This document shows positions 36,801-45,828 of a stretch of 64,000 nt of DNA, piece by piece. The translations under genes and the position numbers were made by a program. This stretch comes from Bacteroidota bacterium (lineage in GTDB: Bacteria > Bacteroidota > Bacteroidia > Cytophagales > Cyclobacteriaceae): NCBI GenBank assembly GCA_023431285.1, contig JAEYXN010000314.1, forward strand, positions 309-64,308, in the 5' to 3' direction. The number at the start of each line of letters is the position of its first letter. The first letter of the stretch is position 1. The notes beneath the pieces were generated by a model. That model was given only the letters and a program-made list of their open reading frames with translations, searched no databases and was not told where the DNA came from.

Positions 36801-37026
36801 TCTCCATTGAGGAAACCGCATTCTCCAGTTCTTTGGTCACTGTGTTTTCCACTTCCTGCGGAGATGCTCCCGGGTACATCGCGGTTACGGTTACCACCGG
36901 CGCGCTGAACTTCGGCAAAAGCTCGTAACTCAGATTCCGATAGCTTGTCAACCCGAGGAAAGTCAGGATGATAAAGAGCACCAGAATGATCGAGGGTCTT
37001 TTTATTGATACTTCTGTAATTTTCAT
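33895..37026 (-). CDS. RND efflux transporter permease (AcrB/HAE1 family)
   Basis: 1043-aa ORF. The N-terminus MKITEVSIKRPSIILVLFIILTFLG, 12-TM topology with two large periplasmic loops, and the motif GLLVDDAIVVIENI fit the AcrB family. Confidence 0.97.
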   Translation of the reverse strand: MKITEVSIKRPSIILVLFIILTFLGLTSYRNLSYELLPKFSAPVVTVTAMYPGASPQEVENTVTKELENAVSSMENVKKITATSYEGIAVVVVELNPDANVDLALQDAQRKVNATLATLPEDVLSPSLGKFSFDDMPIIRLGVSAAMNGTELYDLVEQRIRPNIAKIAGVAQTNLIGGEEREIRVNVSNEKLKAYRLSLPQLVQLIESSNLDFPTGKIRTQDEQVLVRLAGKYANLDDLRNLVVASNVNGGPVRLSDVAEVQDTKKETTLVNRIDLQNSIGISIQKQSDANAVQVSELVREELAKLEKIYEGNNLKFTIAQDSSEYTLEAADAVIHDLILAVILVAAIMLLFLHSFRNAVIVMVAIPLSLVATFIGMSMFGFTLNLMSLLGLSLVVGILVDDAIVVIENIYRHMEMGKNRVQAAYDGVKEIGFTVVSITLVIVVVFLPIALTTGLISNIMKQFSIVVVIATLLSLLVSFTMVPFLYSRFGKLEHISKDNFFGRIILGFETGLDRFGAWIQSLLKWALAHRAVTILSAIVLFFGSLALVIAGFIGSEFVAQGDRGEFILVLEYPKKTSVDQNNVMTRHVEEYVASKQEVVSIFTSVGQSSESGMGSSQGTAYKSEINVKLVPVDERNESSDIYGVLLKNEIMERFPGVKVKATPVSLLGTANQAPIQLIVTGPAYDTVMSFAESLRQRVEKVEGTQEVMLSVESGSPEVVVSTDRRKMAELGLDLQTVGATMQFAFNGNSDAKFRQGENEYDINVRFDEYDRRSVNDIKSLSFMNKFGQQIRLDQFAEVKESSGPSRLERYNRITSVNINAQLLGRSSGEVASELKTILDSVDKPAGVAVTFGGNQENQEESFAQLGFAFMASILLVYLIMVALYDNFIYPFVVLFSIPLAMIGALWALALSGHTLSIFTILGIIMLIGLVAKNAILVVDFTNHLKAKGLPTIDALLEATKERLRPVLMTTIAMVVGMLPVALASGAGAAWKNGLAWAIIGGLVSSTILTLVVVPVVYQLVDRLLVKTGLVNEEKAKKYQTLEV

Positions 37027-37050
37027 GATTCGGTTTGGGATGAATTCCCT

Positions 37051-38109
37051 TTATTTCAAAACGGTCACTTTAGATCCATCGCGAAGGTTGATGTGACCAC
37101 TGGTCACAACCTTATCGCCAACACTCAATCCTTCTTTGATTTCAACAGCATCTGCATACTGCGCACCCGCCACTACGTCTTTAAGGACAACGGAATCTGC
37201 GGTCAGCACATATACCTGCGCGTCGCTCACACTTCCTATGATGGCAGCACGGGGAATCAGCAGACCTTCCTCGCCATTGGGTAGTTCAAACGTTGCGCGA
37301 CCATACATTCCGGCACGCAGTGGTCTGTCCTTGACGTTCGTAATCTCCAACTCCACCGGGAAGTTGAGGTTCGCATCTGCTTTGGCTCCGACAAATTTCA
37401 CCTTAGCCTGATAAGAGACGCCGGGATAAACATCGGCTACAGCCGAAACAGACTTGATGTTGCTGATTGATAGTACCTGACGTTCAGGGACGTTTACTGT
37501 CATTGTCAACTTGTTGGTGTCGACAATTTCAAACATATCCTTCCCTGCTGAGACAAAAGATCCTTCTTCTACGGAGCGTTTGTTCACATAGCCCGCAAAG
37601 GGAGCGCGAATAAAACTGTCAGCAAGCTTCTTGCGCGCAGTCACCACACGTGCTTCCGCGTTTACATAGTTCAGGTTCACTTCATCCAGCTGTGCCTGTG
37701 TCACTCCACCGGAAGTCAACAGTCTTTCGTACCGGGCCTTATCGGTAGCGAGCTTCTGAAGAGTAGCTTCCGCTGATTTGAGATCTGCTTCAATGGTTGC
37801 ATAGTCTATCCTGGCCAGCAATTGACCTTTCGAAACAAACTGGCCTTCATCTGCATTGATAGAGATTACTTTGCCAGCGACCTCAGTAACGACGGTGATC
37901 TCTTTCGATGGAGTAAATGTTCCCGTTGCTGCGAAAGAACCACCAATGTTCTCCACTGTCACTTCTGCCACGCGGACAGGAGTTGTTGTATTAACCTTCT
38001 TCGCAAGCTCAGCCTCCTGCCGGGTTTTGTCCTTGTTTCCTTTCAGAATAAAAGCAGCTCCGGCAATTGCCGCGATAACAATAAGGACGGTGATAATTGT
38101 ACGTTTCAT
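37051..38109 (-). CDS. RND efflux periplasmic adaptor (membrane fusion protein, HlyD family)
   Basis: 352-aa ORF with an N-terminal anchor, a lipoyl/barrel-sandwich region (V.A...G.V..I....G..V.KGQLLARID), a coiled-coil hairpin and a C-terminal beta-barrel. It lies between the TolC-like and RND genes. Confidence 0.9.
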   Translation of the reverse strand: MKRTIITVLIVIAAIAGAAFILKGNKDKTRQEAELAKKVNTTTPVRVAEVTVENIGGSFAATGTFTPSKEITVVTEVAGKVISINADEGQFVSKGQLLARIDYATIEADLKSAEATLQKLATDKARYERLLTSGGVTQAQLDEVNLNYVNAEARVVTARKKLADSFIRAPFAGYVNKRSVEEGSFVSAGKDMFEIVDTNKLTMTVNVPERQVLSISNIKSVSAVADVYPGVSYQAKVKFVGAKADANLNFPVELEITNVKDRPLRAGMYGRATFELPNGEEGLLIPRAAIIGSVSDAQVYVLTADSVVLKDVVAGAQYADAVEIKEGLSVGDKVVTSGHINLRDGSKVTVLK

Positions 38110-38128
38110 TTTATTTATGTGCTATCAG

Positions 38129-39508
38129 TTAGTTCAATAGATTTTTAATTTCTCCTTTTGATTTAAGGAGTGCTACCTCAGCCTGTTTCACCTTAAGCAA
38201 CGCTTCTATCAGCTGGTTCTGCGCCTGTATGCGTGACGATTCTGCCTGAAGGAGATCAGTAAGAGAGCTGACACCCTCATTGTAGTTCTGAAGTGTCACA
38301 TCGTATACGCTATTCGCCAATTCCACATTCGCCTTTTGTGCTTCATAGCTCTCGAAGCTCGTCTCATAGGATTTCACTGAATTAACGAACTCCATATTCG
38401 ACTGCTGTCTTGTAAATGCCATGTCGTTCTCTGTCTTCATTCTGTGAATCTTCGACTGCTGTACTTTGGCAGACTTATTAAACCCGTCAAACACAGGGAT
38501 TGACAGTCGCAGACCGATTGAAGCGATATCAAAGGTGAGTGGGTTAATCCCTGATTTTAAGAAGAAGTCATTGCTCTGCGCGGTGTATGAATAGTTTCCG
38601 AACAATGAAAGCGTTGGGAAATAACCTGAAGAAAAACTCTTGCGCTCAAGATCATAAAGCTCCAGCTGGGTGCTGAGCTGACGAAACTCAATTTTGTTCT
38701 CAAATGCCCAATCACCCGCAGTAAGTGAGGCATCAATCTGATAATCCTGAGAAGCTTCGATCAAAGGCTCGGCAACCTCCAGCGGCGTGTTAATATCCAT
38801 GCCGGCAACAAGCTTTAGTTGGTTTGTAAGACTGGAGAACGCATCATCCACAGATCTGAGCTGAGTCTGCAAATTTGTAACATTGACTTTGAGCCGGTCT
38901 ACGTCCAGTTTCCTTGCAACACCATTCTCAAATCTTGAAGTAGTGATATCAAGGTTCTTCTTTGTCTGTTCGAGATTGGTCTCGATCACGTTGCGTTGCG
39001 CCTGCATGGATGCTACCTGATAAAAGAGTGACGATGTCTGCTGAATGACCTCTTCTTCAGTTCTCTCAATATTATTGCGATAATATTCCTCACTCACTTT
39101 TGCAGCCTTGATACCAGTGAATACACTTTGGTTAAAGATCTGCTGAGTGGCCTGCAGGGTAGCCGTTGCTGAATGTTGCATCCCGGCGCGGAGAACCAGA
39201 TAATCATCCTCCCCTGCATTCGGATCAGCCATTTTCGCAGGGAACACAAAAGCCTGGCGAATCACGTTATTTGTTACGTCGCCGCTGATATTTACCTGAG
39301 GCAATGCCGCTGACTTCACCTCACGGGTTTTCTGCTCTCCTTCCTGGTAATCATATTTTGCCCGCGCTATGTTTGCATTTTGCTGTAGCGCCAGCTCCAG
39401 TACCTGCTTCAGCGTGTACCGGCTTGGTGTTTGCGCGAATGCATCTGACAGAAAGATTGATGCTGTCAGAACCAAAACTACTCTAAGTCTCATATCCGTT
39501 TTTCTCAT
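38129..39508 (-). CDS. TolC-family outer-membrane efflux protein
   Basis: 459-aa ORF with a signal peptide (...LSDAFAQ). Two OEP repeats carry the typical LTLKQVLELALQQN / N.....A start. An alternative start lies at 39493. Confidence 0.9.
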   Translation of the reverse strand: MRKTDMRLRVVLVLTASIFLSDAFAQTPSRYTLKQVLELALQQNANIARAKYDYQEGEQKTREVKSAALPQVNISGDVTNNVIRQAFVFPAKMADPNAGEDDYLVLRAGMQHSATATLQATQQIFNQSVFTGIKAAKVSEEYYRNNIERTEEEVIQQTSSLFYQVASMQAQRNVIETNLEQTKKNLDITTSRFENGVARKLDVDRLKVNVTNLQTQLRSVDDAFSSLTNQLKLVAGMDINTPLEVAEPLIEASQDYQIDASLTAGDWAFENKIEFRQLSTQLELYDLERKSFSSGYFPTLSLFGNYSYTAQSNDFFLKSGINPLTFDIASIGLRLSIPVFDGFNKSAKVQQSKIHRMKTENDMAFTRQQSNMEFVNSVKSYETSFESYEAQKANVELANSVYDVTLQNYNEGVSSLTDLLQAESSRIQAQNQLIEALLKVKQAEVALLKSKGEIKNLLN

Positions 39509-40141
39509 TTAAATTTGTTGTGCCTGAATCACTCCGGCTTTACGTTTCTGATAAAGCTTTCTCCCCTTCTCAGTAGCAATTCCCCAGACGAAATGGTCGA
39601 GGATGCAATCCGCTACTGATTTGAAATCAAATTTTGTTCTTGGAAAGATGTCGGAGTTAAATGCCATCGAAGCTTGCTCGAGACGCATGCGTGTCGCAAT
39701 CTCCGGATCGATCTCCGGTCTGAAGACGCCCTCTTTGACACCATCCACGATATTGTCTTTCACGATATTGAACAGGTATTCCTTTCTGAATTCCTGCATC
39801 AGCGCCCATGCTTTCTGATGATACTTCTGAAGCTCGAAGACAAGGTTTGCAGTGGTCTCGCTGACATTTCGCTTCAAGAATTGATGGACCCTCAGGAGCA
39901 GATCGATTGGATCCTCAGATTGTTTACCGATGTTGGTAAGCGTCGCCTTCTCCTGTTGGAGATACTGCGACATGGTGAGGGTCACGATCTGGTCCTTGTC
40001 CTTAAAGTATTGATAGATTGTCTTTTTGGATACCCCAAGATGATGGGCGATATCATCCATTGAAATGCTCCGAAGGCCGTATTTTATAAACAGCTCGGAT
40101 GCGGTCTTTAATATCCTGTCTCTTGTTTGATTATCCGTCAT
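39509..40141 (-). CDS. TetR/AcrR-family transcriptional regulator (first gene of the efflux operon)
   Basis: The N-terminal HTH is RDRILKTASELFIKYGLRSISMDDIAHHLGVSKKTIYQYFKDKD. Its stop abuts the TolC-like start, with no gap. Confidence 0.9.
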   Translation of the reverse strand: MTDNQTRDRILKTASELFIKYGLRSISMDDIAHHLGVSKKTIYQYFKDKDQIVTLTMSQYLQQEKATLTNIGKQSEDPIDLLLRVHQFLKRNVSETTANLVFELQKYHQKAWALMQEFRKEYLFNIVKDNIVDGVKEGVFRPEIDPEIATRMRLEQASMAFNSDIFPRTKFDFKSVADCILDHFVWGIATEKGRKLYQKRKAGVIQAQQI

Positions 40142-40152
40142 TCTTATGGTTA

Positions 40153-40189
40153 GGAAACTATCATTTCTATTAAAGTTTCCACAGTTTCC
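40153..40189. promoter_or_regulatory. inverted and direct repeat GGAAACT / AGTTTCC x2 (candidate TetR operator)
   Basis: GGAAACT (40153-40159) faces AGTTTCC (40174-40180), and a second AGTTTCC lies at 40183-40189. The repeats sit 12-48 nt upstream of the TetR start at 40141. Confidence 0.25.
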
Positions 40190-40335
40190 ATAACGGCAAG
40201 ATTCGGAATTAGTTCGCTAAATCCACATAAATATGAAACAAATATTTACCAAAATGCTCTAATTGATCCCGAAAGGGCATTTTTTTACTGACTATTTAAC
40301 CTAAAAAGTCAGTGCGTCAGATTGGCTTTTGCAGA

Positions 40336-40929
40336 TCAGGCCTTGAGAGATTTGAGAAATACGTCCACAAAAAGAAGGGTCAGCCTTTCAGAGCGGTCAC
40401 TGTTCAGGGGGGCATTTAACTGAGTTGAAGTAACTGCGCTGGTGCGTAAACCAACGAGTGTTGACAGAAAAAGCTCGGCATAACTGTCTGCCGGTACCTT
40501 GCGGAACTCACCATTGTCAATACCCTGTACAAGGATAGCCAGAACAAATGCCAGTTCCTTTTGGTAGATCCGTTGACGGAGGTCGTCAAAGAGCGGGTTA
40601 AACACCTCCGTTAGTGTCACAGACTCAACCTTCGCAAGGTTCAGCAATCGTTTGAGAAGGTCCTGTCGGGTACCTATATACTTCTTGAACTTGAAGGAAG
40701 CTTTACTGGGTCGGGCGATAAGCGTCTCCATCGTCTGAATGAACTCTGCCACATCCTGTTCGACCACAGCGATAAACAATTGATCTTTATCTGGAAAGTA
40801 GTAATACAACGCCGCCTTAGACATTCCGATGTCCGCAGCGATCTCGTTCATTGTAGTTTTACTCAACCCATAATGGGCAAACCGCTTCCTCGCGGCATCC
40901 AGAATAGCAGTAACTCGTGTATCAGACAT
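40336..40929 (-). CDS. TetR/AcrR-family transcriptional regulator
   Basis: The N-terminal HTH is AILDAARKRFAHYGLSKTTMNEIAADIGMSKAALYYYFPDKD. Confidence 0.9.
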   Translation of the reverse strand: MSDTRVTAILDAARKRFAHYGLSKTTMNEIAADIGMSKAALYYYFPDKDQLFIAVVEQDVAEFIQTMETLIARPSKASFKFKKYIGTRQDLLKRLLNLAKVESVTLTEVFNPLFDDLRQRIYQKELAFVLAILVQGIDNGEFRKVPADSYAELFLSTLVGLRTSAVTSTQLNAPLNSDRSERLTLLFVDVFLKSLKA

Positions 40930-41026
40930 TCTTCTTCAAACTCATTGCAAAATAAGGCGCAGCATTGAGAAATTCAGAATTACACATCGATCTATAAGTA
41001 AATGCATCGGGCACTCATGCTAAACA

Positions 41027-41941
41027 TCACGACAACGCCTGAGGAGGAGGACCTCCTGCAGGACGCGATTTATCCTCCGGAAGCGGTACAAACTCCTTAT
41101 CATCATTTGGTGGAAGGATAATACGTCCCTCCTTCCAATCCGCTTTGGCCTGTTCAATACGCTCCTTTCGTGAAGAGACAAAATTCCACCAGATGAACCG
41201 CTCACCGAGGGGCTCACCTCCGAGCATCATGAGCGCGGAAGGTTCCAGCGCTTTTATCCGCGGATCCACACCTTTCTTAACCACCACGAGCTGTCCAGCC
41301 TGATAAGGACGACCCGAAACTTCAATGCTTCCCTTCGCGACATATACACCACGCTCTGAATGACCTGCGGGCAGCCCAAACGTTGCATTGGCTTCCAGAA
41401 CAACATGCAGATAGAACATCGGTGAATGCGTCTTCACTTCAGACTTCACGCCGAAACTATCCCCTGCGATGAGACGCATCCAGACGCCCTTCTCCTGAAA
41501 GACCGGCAGCGCGTCAGGCTTGTAATTCTCGAAAGAGGGATTCGCTTCCTCATCCTTCTCGGGTAGCGCCACCCAGGTTTGAATCATCTCAAGAGTACCT
41601 CCGGCAAGCACCGATGGATCTTCAAACCTTTCAGAATGAGATATACCTTTTCCAGCGGTCATCCAGTTGACCTCTCCGGGACGAATCACCTGTTCAACGC
41701 CAAGGCTATCCCTGTGTGTCACTTGTCCACCGAAGAGATAACTCACCGTAGAAAGGCCTATATGCGGATGCGGAAGAACATCCATCGTGTTTGCACTTGA
41801 TGGATTTGCAGCGACTGGTCCCGCATGATCCATGAAAATGAACGGCCCCACCATTCTTCGCTGACGGAAGGGAAGGATTCTCTTTACATCCATACCAGGA
41901 GCAAGAGCGGCATGCCGGGCTTCAATGACTATATCAATCAT
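41027..41941 (-). CDS. pirin family protein
   Basis: HPHIGLSTVSYLFGGQVTHRDSLG...PGEVNWMTAGKGISHSER matches the pirin N-terminal cupin metal-site pattern. A second cupin domain follows. Confidence 0.9.
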   Translation of the reverse strand: MIDIVIEARHAALAPGMDVKRILPFRQRRMVGPFIFMDHAGPVAANPSSANTMDVLPHPHIGLSTVSYLFGGQVTHRDSLGVEQVIRPGEVNWMTAGKGISHSERFEDPSVLAGGTLEMIQTWVALPEKDEEANPSFENYKPDALPVFQEKGVWMRLIAGDSFGVKSEVKTHSPMFYLHVVLEANATFGLPAGHSERGVYVAKGSIEVSGRPYQAGQLVVVKKGVDPRIKALEPSALMMLGGEPLGERFIWWNFVSSRKERIEQAKADWKEGRIILPPNDDKEFVPLPEDKSRPAGGPPPQALS

Positions 41942-42057
41942 CCAGTAAAGTTTTGACCAAGATACTTCTTTTTAGAGGCTCGTAAATACAGAACTCTTCC
42001 TCGAGAAAACAAAGCGTTTGTAGAATAAAGGAAGTTTTCCGTATTTGCCTGTCTGCA

Positions 42058-42864
42058 TTGATGAAAAAGAAGGAACTTGAAAAAGGGGCGGACGCTTCCC
42101 TCTCTGTTGTAAACATCAGACCTGCCCAAATAACTGCATTCTTCTGGATCTGTATTAGCGCCCTCCTCGTTGCAAACATCACGGTACTCATTCTCAAGTT
42201 TGGGTTTCATCACCATTCGCTCCGGGGTATGACAAAGGCATTTTTCTTTGACAACGAAGCGAACTATCCCACAATGTATTCCGGGCTGGCTATCATATTC
42301 GCTGCATCACTGCTTTGGAAGATAAGCCTGATCAAGTCTGAAACGATCGCCAATCGTCGCAGTTGGCGTTTCCTTTCGCTGCTATTCCTTTTTCTCGCAG
42401 CGGATGAGCTGTTCAGTCTGCATGAATTCCTCATCACGCCCACGAAACACATGTTGGGCTCCTTATCCTTTGATTCAGGATTTCTCTACTTCGCATGGTT
42501 CGTACCTTATGTTCTTCTCATGCTTTTCTGCGGTGTCTTCTTAATCAGATTCTTCTTCCGTCTTCCACAGAAAACACGAGTCCGATTTGTCCTGGCTGGT
42601 ATTGTATTTGTTGCCGGCGCAGTCGGAATGGAAATGATTGGCGGCAACTACTGGCAGGCACAAGGGTGGGATGTTCACGGAGAGGATGACATCGACCTCA
42701 CCTACGCAGCCATCGTCACCATTGAAGAACTCCTGGAGATGGTAGGGATTGCCCTATTTGTCCATGCACTCAGTGACTATTATCTATCGAGAAAATCTTA
42801 TTCCTTCCAGGTAAACCTTGTATCCCAACCTTCTGACGCATCGAGCCATTCGCCTCTGGCCTGA
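42058..42864 (+). CDS. hypothetical polytopic membrane protein
   Basis: 268-aa ORF with about 6 TM helices and acidic intramembrane motifs AADELFSLHEF and IEELLEMVG. No family was recognised. Confidence 0.5.
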   Translation: MMKKKELEKGADASLSVVNIRPAQITAFFWICISALLVANITVLILKFGFHHHSLRGMTKAFFFDNEANYPTMYSGLAIIFAASLLWKISLIKSETIANRRSWRFLSLLFLFLAADELFSLHEFLITPTKHMLGSLSFDSGFLYFAWFVPYVLLMLFCGVFLIRFFFRLPQKTRVRFVLAGIVFVAGAVGMEMIGGNYWQAQGWDVHGEDDIDLTYAAIVTIEELLEMVGIALFVHALSDYYLSRKSYSFQVNLVSQPSDASSHSPLA

Positions 42865-42988
42865 TGGATGTTAGCTTCAAGGGCTTATACCCTCTGTAGC
42901 TCATTCAAACAGCCAAACGCGCACTGGTAAAATATCTTATTGGAACCTGGAATGAAACAGAGACCTTTCGGGGAAACTTAAACCCTTC

Positions 42989-45424
42989 ATGCGGCTAAAA
43001 ACCCCCCGTCCGAAACCTCAGGCGCTTATCCTGATCGTTAGTATTCTATTACTTTCTGCAACCTCCTCCCTTGCCCAATCGCGTATAGCGGGGACCGTTA
43101 TAGATTCCCTGACCTCAAAACCACTTCCCTATGCGACGGTCAGTATTTATTCAGCTGCAGCTAAACAACTGATTACTGGTAATGTCTCCGATGACGCAGG
43201 GAAGTTCAGCATCGAAGTTGATCCTGGACAGTACTACGCGGAGATCACGTTCATAGGTTACACTGCCCATCGCACCAAAAGCATTACAGTGACCGCTAAC
43301 GAGACCGTTACACTGGGCAATGTCTCAATCTCACCAACCGAGAAAGTTCTGCAGGAAGTAACTGTCCAGGCTGAGAAGAGCTCGATGGAGCTGCTTCTTG
43401 ACAGGAAAGTATTTAATGTTGGCAAAGACCTTGCGAATAGTGGAGGCACCGCATCGGATGTTTTGATGAACATCCCTTCAGTAGCAGTAGATCCGGAGGG
43501 AAATATCAGGCTTAGGGGAAGTGAGAACGTCCGCATTCTTATTGATGGAAAACCATCAGGGCTGGTGAGCTTCCGTGGTGGTAGTGGACTCCAACAACTT
43601 CAGGCAAGCATGATCGAACGTGTTGAAGTCATTACCAACCCTTCTGCGCGATATGAAGCAGAAGGACTTGGAGGAATCATAAACATAATTCTCAAGAAGG
43701 AACAGAGTCAGGGATTCAACGGATCCATTGACGCAATAGTGGGCAACCCGGACAACTTTGGTTTGGCTGCCAATATCAATTACCGTCATAAGAAGATAAA
43801 CTTCTTTATCAATTATGGATTCGCATACCGTAAGCAGATCGGAACAAGCTCACTTCATCAGGAAGTCTATACAGGGAATGAAACCGCTATCCTCGATCAG
43901 TCGAACCGCTTCATTTATGAAATGCTCAACAATAACATTCGCGGAGGCATTGATCTTTTCCTGGGAGACAACAGTATCCTGACCGGCTCATACCTCTACC
44001 GCGGATTGCGCGGGATCCGTCATTCGACATTGCGATATCGGGATTTCCTGAACAGCACGGCAAACCCTATTGGGAACAGCAGGCGTACCCAGGACGAAGA
44101 AGAAGATGAACCCAACTCCGAATATTCATTGATCTACAAACGGACCTTCGAAGGAAAGGGACACGAACTTATTGCTGAAGCGAAGTTTCTTGACAATCGC
44201 GAGACGTCGGACCAGGACTTTAATGAGTTTCAGTATGAGAATGACGGCACCGAGATCATACAGGACCGACTGTTCCAAAAGTCTATCAACATTGAAAGTG
44301 AGAAGCAGTACCTTGTTCAGTTGGACTATACCAGGCCCTTTGCTCAATCCGGAAAGATGGAAGCTGGACTTCGATCCAGTCTGCGGGAGATGGCCAATGA
44401 TTTCTGGGTCCGCCAGCTGGATGAAGATGGAAACTATTTTGTTGTCAACGGACTGGATAATGTCTTCTATTACGATGAACGTATAACGGCAGCGTATGCT
44501 ATCCTCGGGAATAAGACGGGGCGTTTCTCTTATCAGGCGGGACTTCGCAGCGAGTGGACAGACATTGAAACAGTTCTTGAAGAAACAAATGAGACGAACC
44601 CTAGAGATTATTACAATCTGTTTCCGAGTGCTCACCTTACTTACGACATCGGGCATGAGAACAGTGTCCAGGTGAGTTACAGCAGGAGGATCCGCAGGCC
44701 GACCTATAATGATCTGAGTCCTTTCGTTACGTTCTCCGACAGACGCAACTACTTTGCAGGAAACCCAAACCTCGATCCCGAGTTCAGCGACGTTTATGAG
44801 ATCGGTTTTATCAGAAACTTTCAACTGGGATCATTTTCTTCGTCGGTGTACAACCGCCGCACTGTTGATCGAATTGAGCGGATCAGAACAGTAGACGAAG
44901 AAGGGATAGCCACTACGTTACCGCAGAACCTCCTTTCAGAAACGGCCTATGGAGTGGAGTTCAGCACGACGCTGGATATTACAAAGTGGTGGAAATGGGA
45001 CGCCAACTTTAACTTCTTTCACGCTGATATCAATGGATCAAACATCGTGGATGACTATCAGAACACCACCTATAGTTGGTTTGCACGTCAGACGTCGAAG
45101 TTCTCTTTGCCACAAGGTATTGAGCTGCAACTGCGCACAAATTATGAGGCACCTCAGAAAACAGTTCAGGGACGTCGCAAGGCACTTTACTATGCTGACT
45201 TCTCAGCCAGCAAGGATGTGCTGAAAGGAAGGGGAACGGTCAACCTCAACATCATGGACCTGTTTAATTCCCGGCGGATGCGAATGATCTCGGAAGGCGA
45301 AATATTCTACTCAGAGCTTCAGAATCAATTCAGAAAGCGACAGGTGAATCTGACCTTCAGCTACAGGATCAACCGTGCTAAGGCGGTGAGAAAACAACAG
45401 CGTGAAGCCACACTGGAGGAGTAA
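42989..45424 (+). CDS. outer-membrane beta-barrel protein with CarboxypepD_reg-like and TonB-receptor plug-like N-terminal domains
   Basis: After a signal peptide comes IAGTVIDSLTSKPLPYATVSIY (carboxypeptidase-regulatory-like fold). A plug-like NIPSVAVDPEGNIRLRGSENVRILIDGKPS follows. The long beta-barrel ends in an aromatic-rich ...VNLTFSYRI segment. Confidence 0.85.
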   Translation: MRLKTPRPKPQALILIVSILLLSATSSLAQSRIAGTVIDSLTSKPLPYATVSIYSAAAKQLITGNVSDDAGKFSIEVDPGQYYAEITFIGYTAHRTKSITVTANETVTLGNVSISPTEKVLQEVTVQAEKSSMELLLDRKVFNVGKDLANSGGTASDVLMNIPSVAVDPEGNIRLRGSENVRILIDGKPSGLVSFRGGSGLQQLQASMIERVEVITNPSARYEAEGLGGIINIILKKEQSQGFNGSIDAIVGNPDNFGLAANINYRHKKINFFINYGFAYRKQIGTSSLHQEVYTGNETAILDQSNRFIYEMLNNNIRGGIDLFLGDNSILTGSYLYRGLRGIRHSTLRYRDFLNSTANPIGNSRRTQDEEEDEPNSEYSLIYKRTFEGKGHELIAEAKFLDNRETSDQDFNEFQYENDGTEIIQDRLFQKSINIESEKQYLVQLDYTRPFAQSGKMEAGLRSSLREMANDFWVRQLDEDGNYFVVNGLDNVFYYDERITAAYAILGNKTGRFSYQAGLRSEWTDIETVLEETNETNPRDYYNLFPSAHLTYDIGHENSVQVSYSRRIRRPTYNDLSPFVTFSDRRNYFAGNPNLDPEFSDVYEIGFIRNFQLGSFSSSVYNRRTVDRIERIRTVDEEGIATTLPQNLLSETAYGVEFSTTLDITKWWKWDANFNFFHADINGSNIVDDYQNTTYSWFARQTSKFSLPQGIELQLRTNYEAPQKTVQGRRKALYYADFSASKDVLKGRGTVNLNIMDLFNSRRMRMISEGEIFYSELQNQFRKRQVNLTFSYRINRAKAVRKQQREATLEE

Positions 45425-45486
45425 CGTGAGATCCCTATCAGAGAAGATCAAAGCAATTTGGTCACATCAAGTCCCGTCAAGAGAAA

Positions 45487-45502
45487 AGGCGGGTCTCCCC
45501 GC
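45487..45502 (+). terminator. short GC hairpin after the outer-membrane protein gene (weak terminator candidate)
   Basis: GGCGGG tctc CCCGCC followed by TCTTCATCT. The T-tract is poor. Confidence 0.35.
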
Positions 45503-45712
45503 CTCTTCATCTATCTAACCCAAACAATTTTTCTGATCGCCGTTGCATATCCTGAGGATTTGGAGCTTGGGTCCAGGACGCGCAGTTGAGTTGCTTTTCG
45601 GCTTGCAGACTTTAAGTTGTTTAGTGGTGTATCATTTTAGGTGGACTAGTAAAAGTGTCTTTAAACCGCTCCAGCGCTTGTTAATCCGAAGTTGTAAGGA
45701 TTTTCTATAATT

Positions 45713-45726
45713 TGCAACCGATTGCA
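45713..45726. promoter_or_regulatory. LacI-family operator-like palindrome O1
   Basis: TGCAACCGATTGCA fits the LacI/CcpA-type consensus TGnAAnCGnTTnCA. It lies 103 nt upstream of the LacI-family gene at 45829. Confidence 0.5.
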
Positions 45727-45734
45727 TTTATTTA

Positions 45735-45748
45735 TTCATTCGAATGCA
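45735..45748. promoter_or_regulatory. second palindrome O2 upstream of the LacI-GH67 operon
   Basis: TTCATTCGAATGCA contains the perfect 10-bp palindrome CATTCGAATG. Its centre is 22 bp from the centre of O1. Confidence 0.3.
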
Positions 45749-45828
45749 TAACTTTGGCTAGCATACACTGTAATACCCTTTTTAATGGATGCTACCGATT
45801 GTCGGGGAGTATTCAGAAATACTATTGA

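Noticed and set aside
44126-44824. 232-aa minus-strand ORF inside the outer-membrane barrel gene.
   Set aside because: It is an antisense shadow ORF with no motifs.
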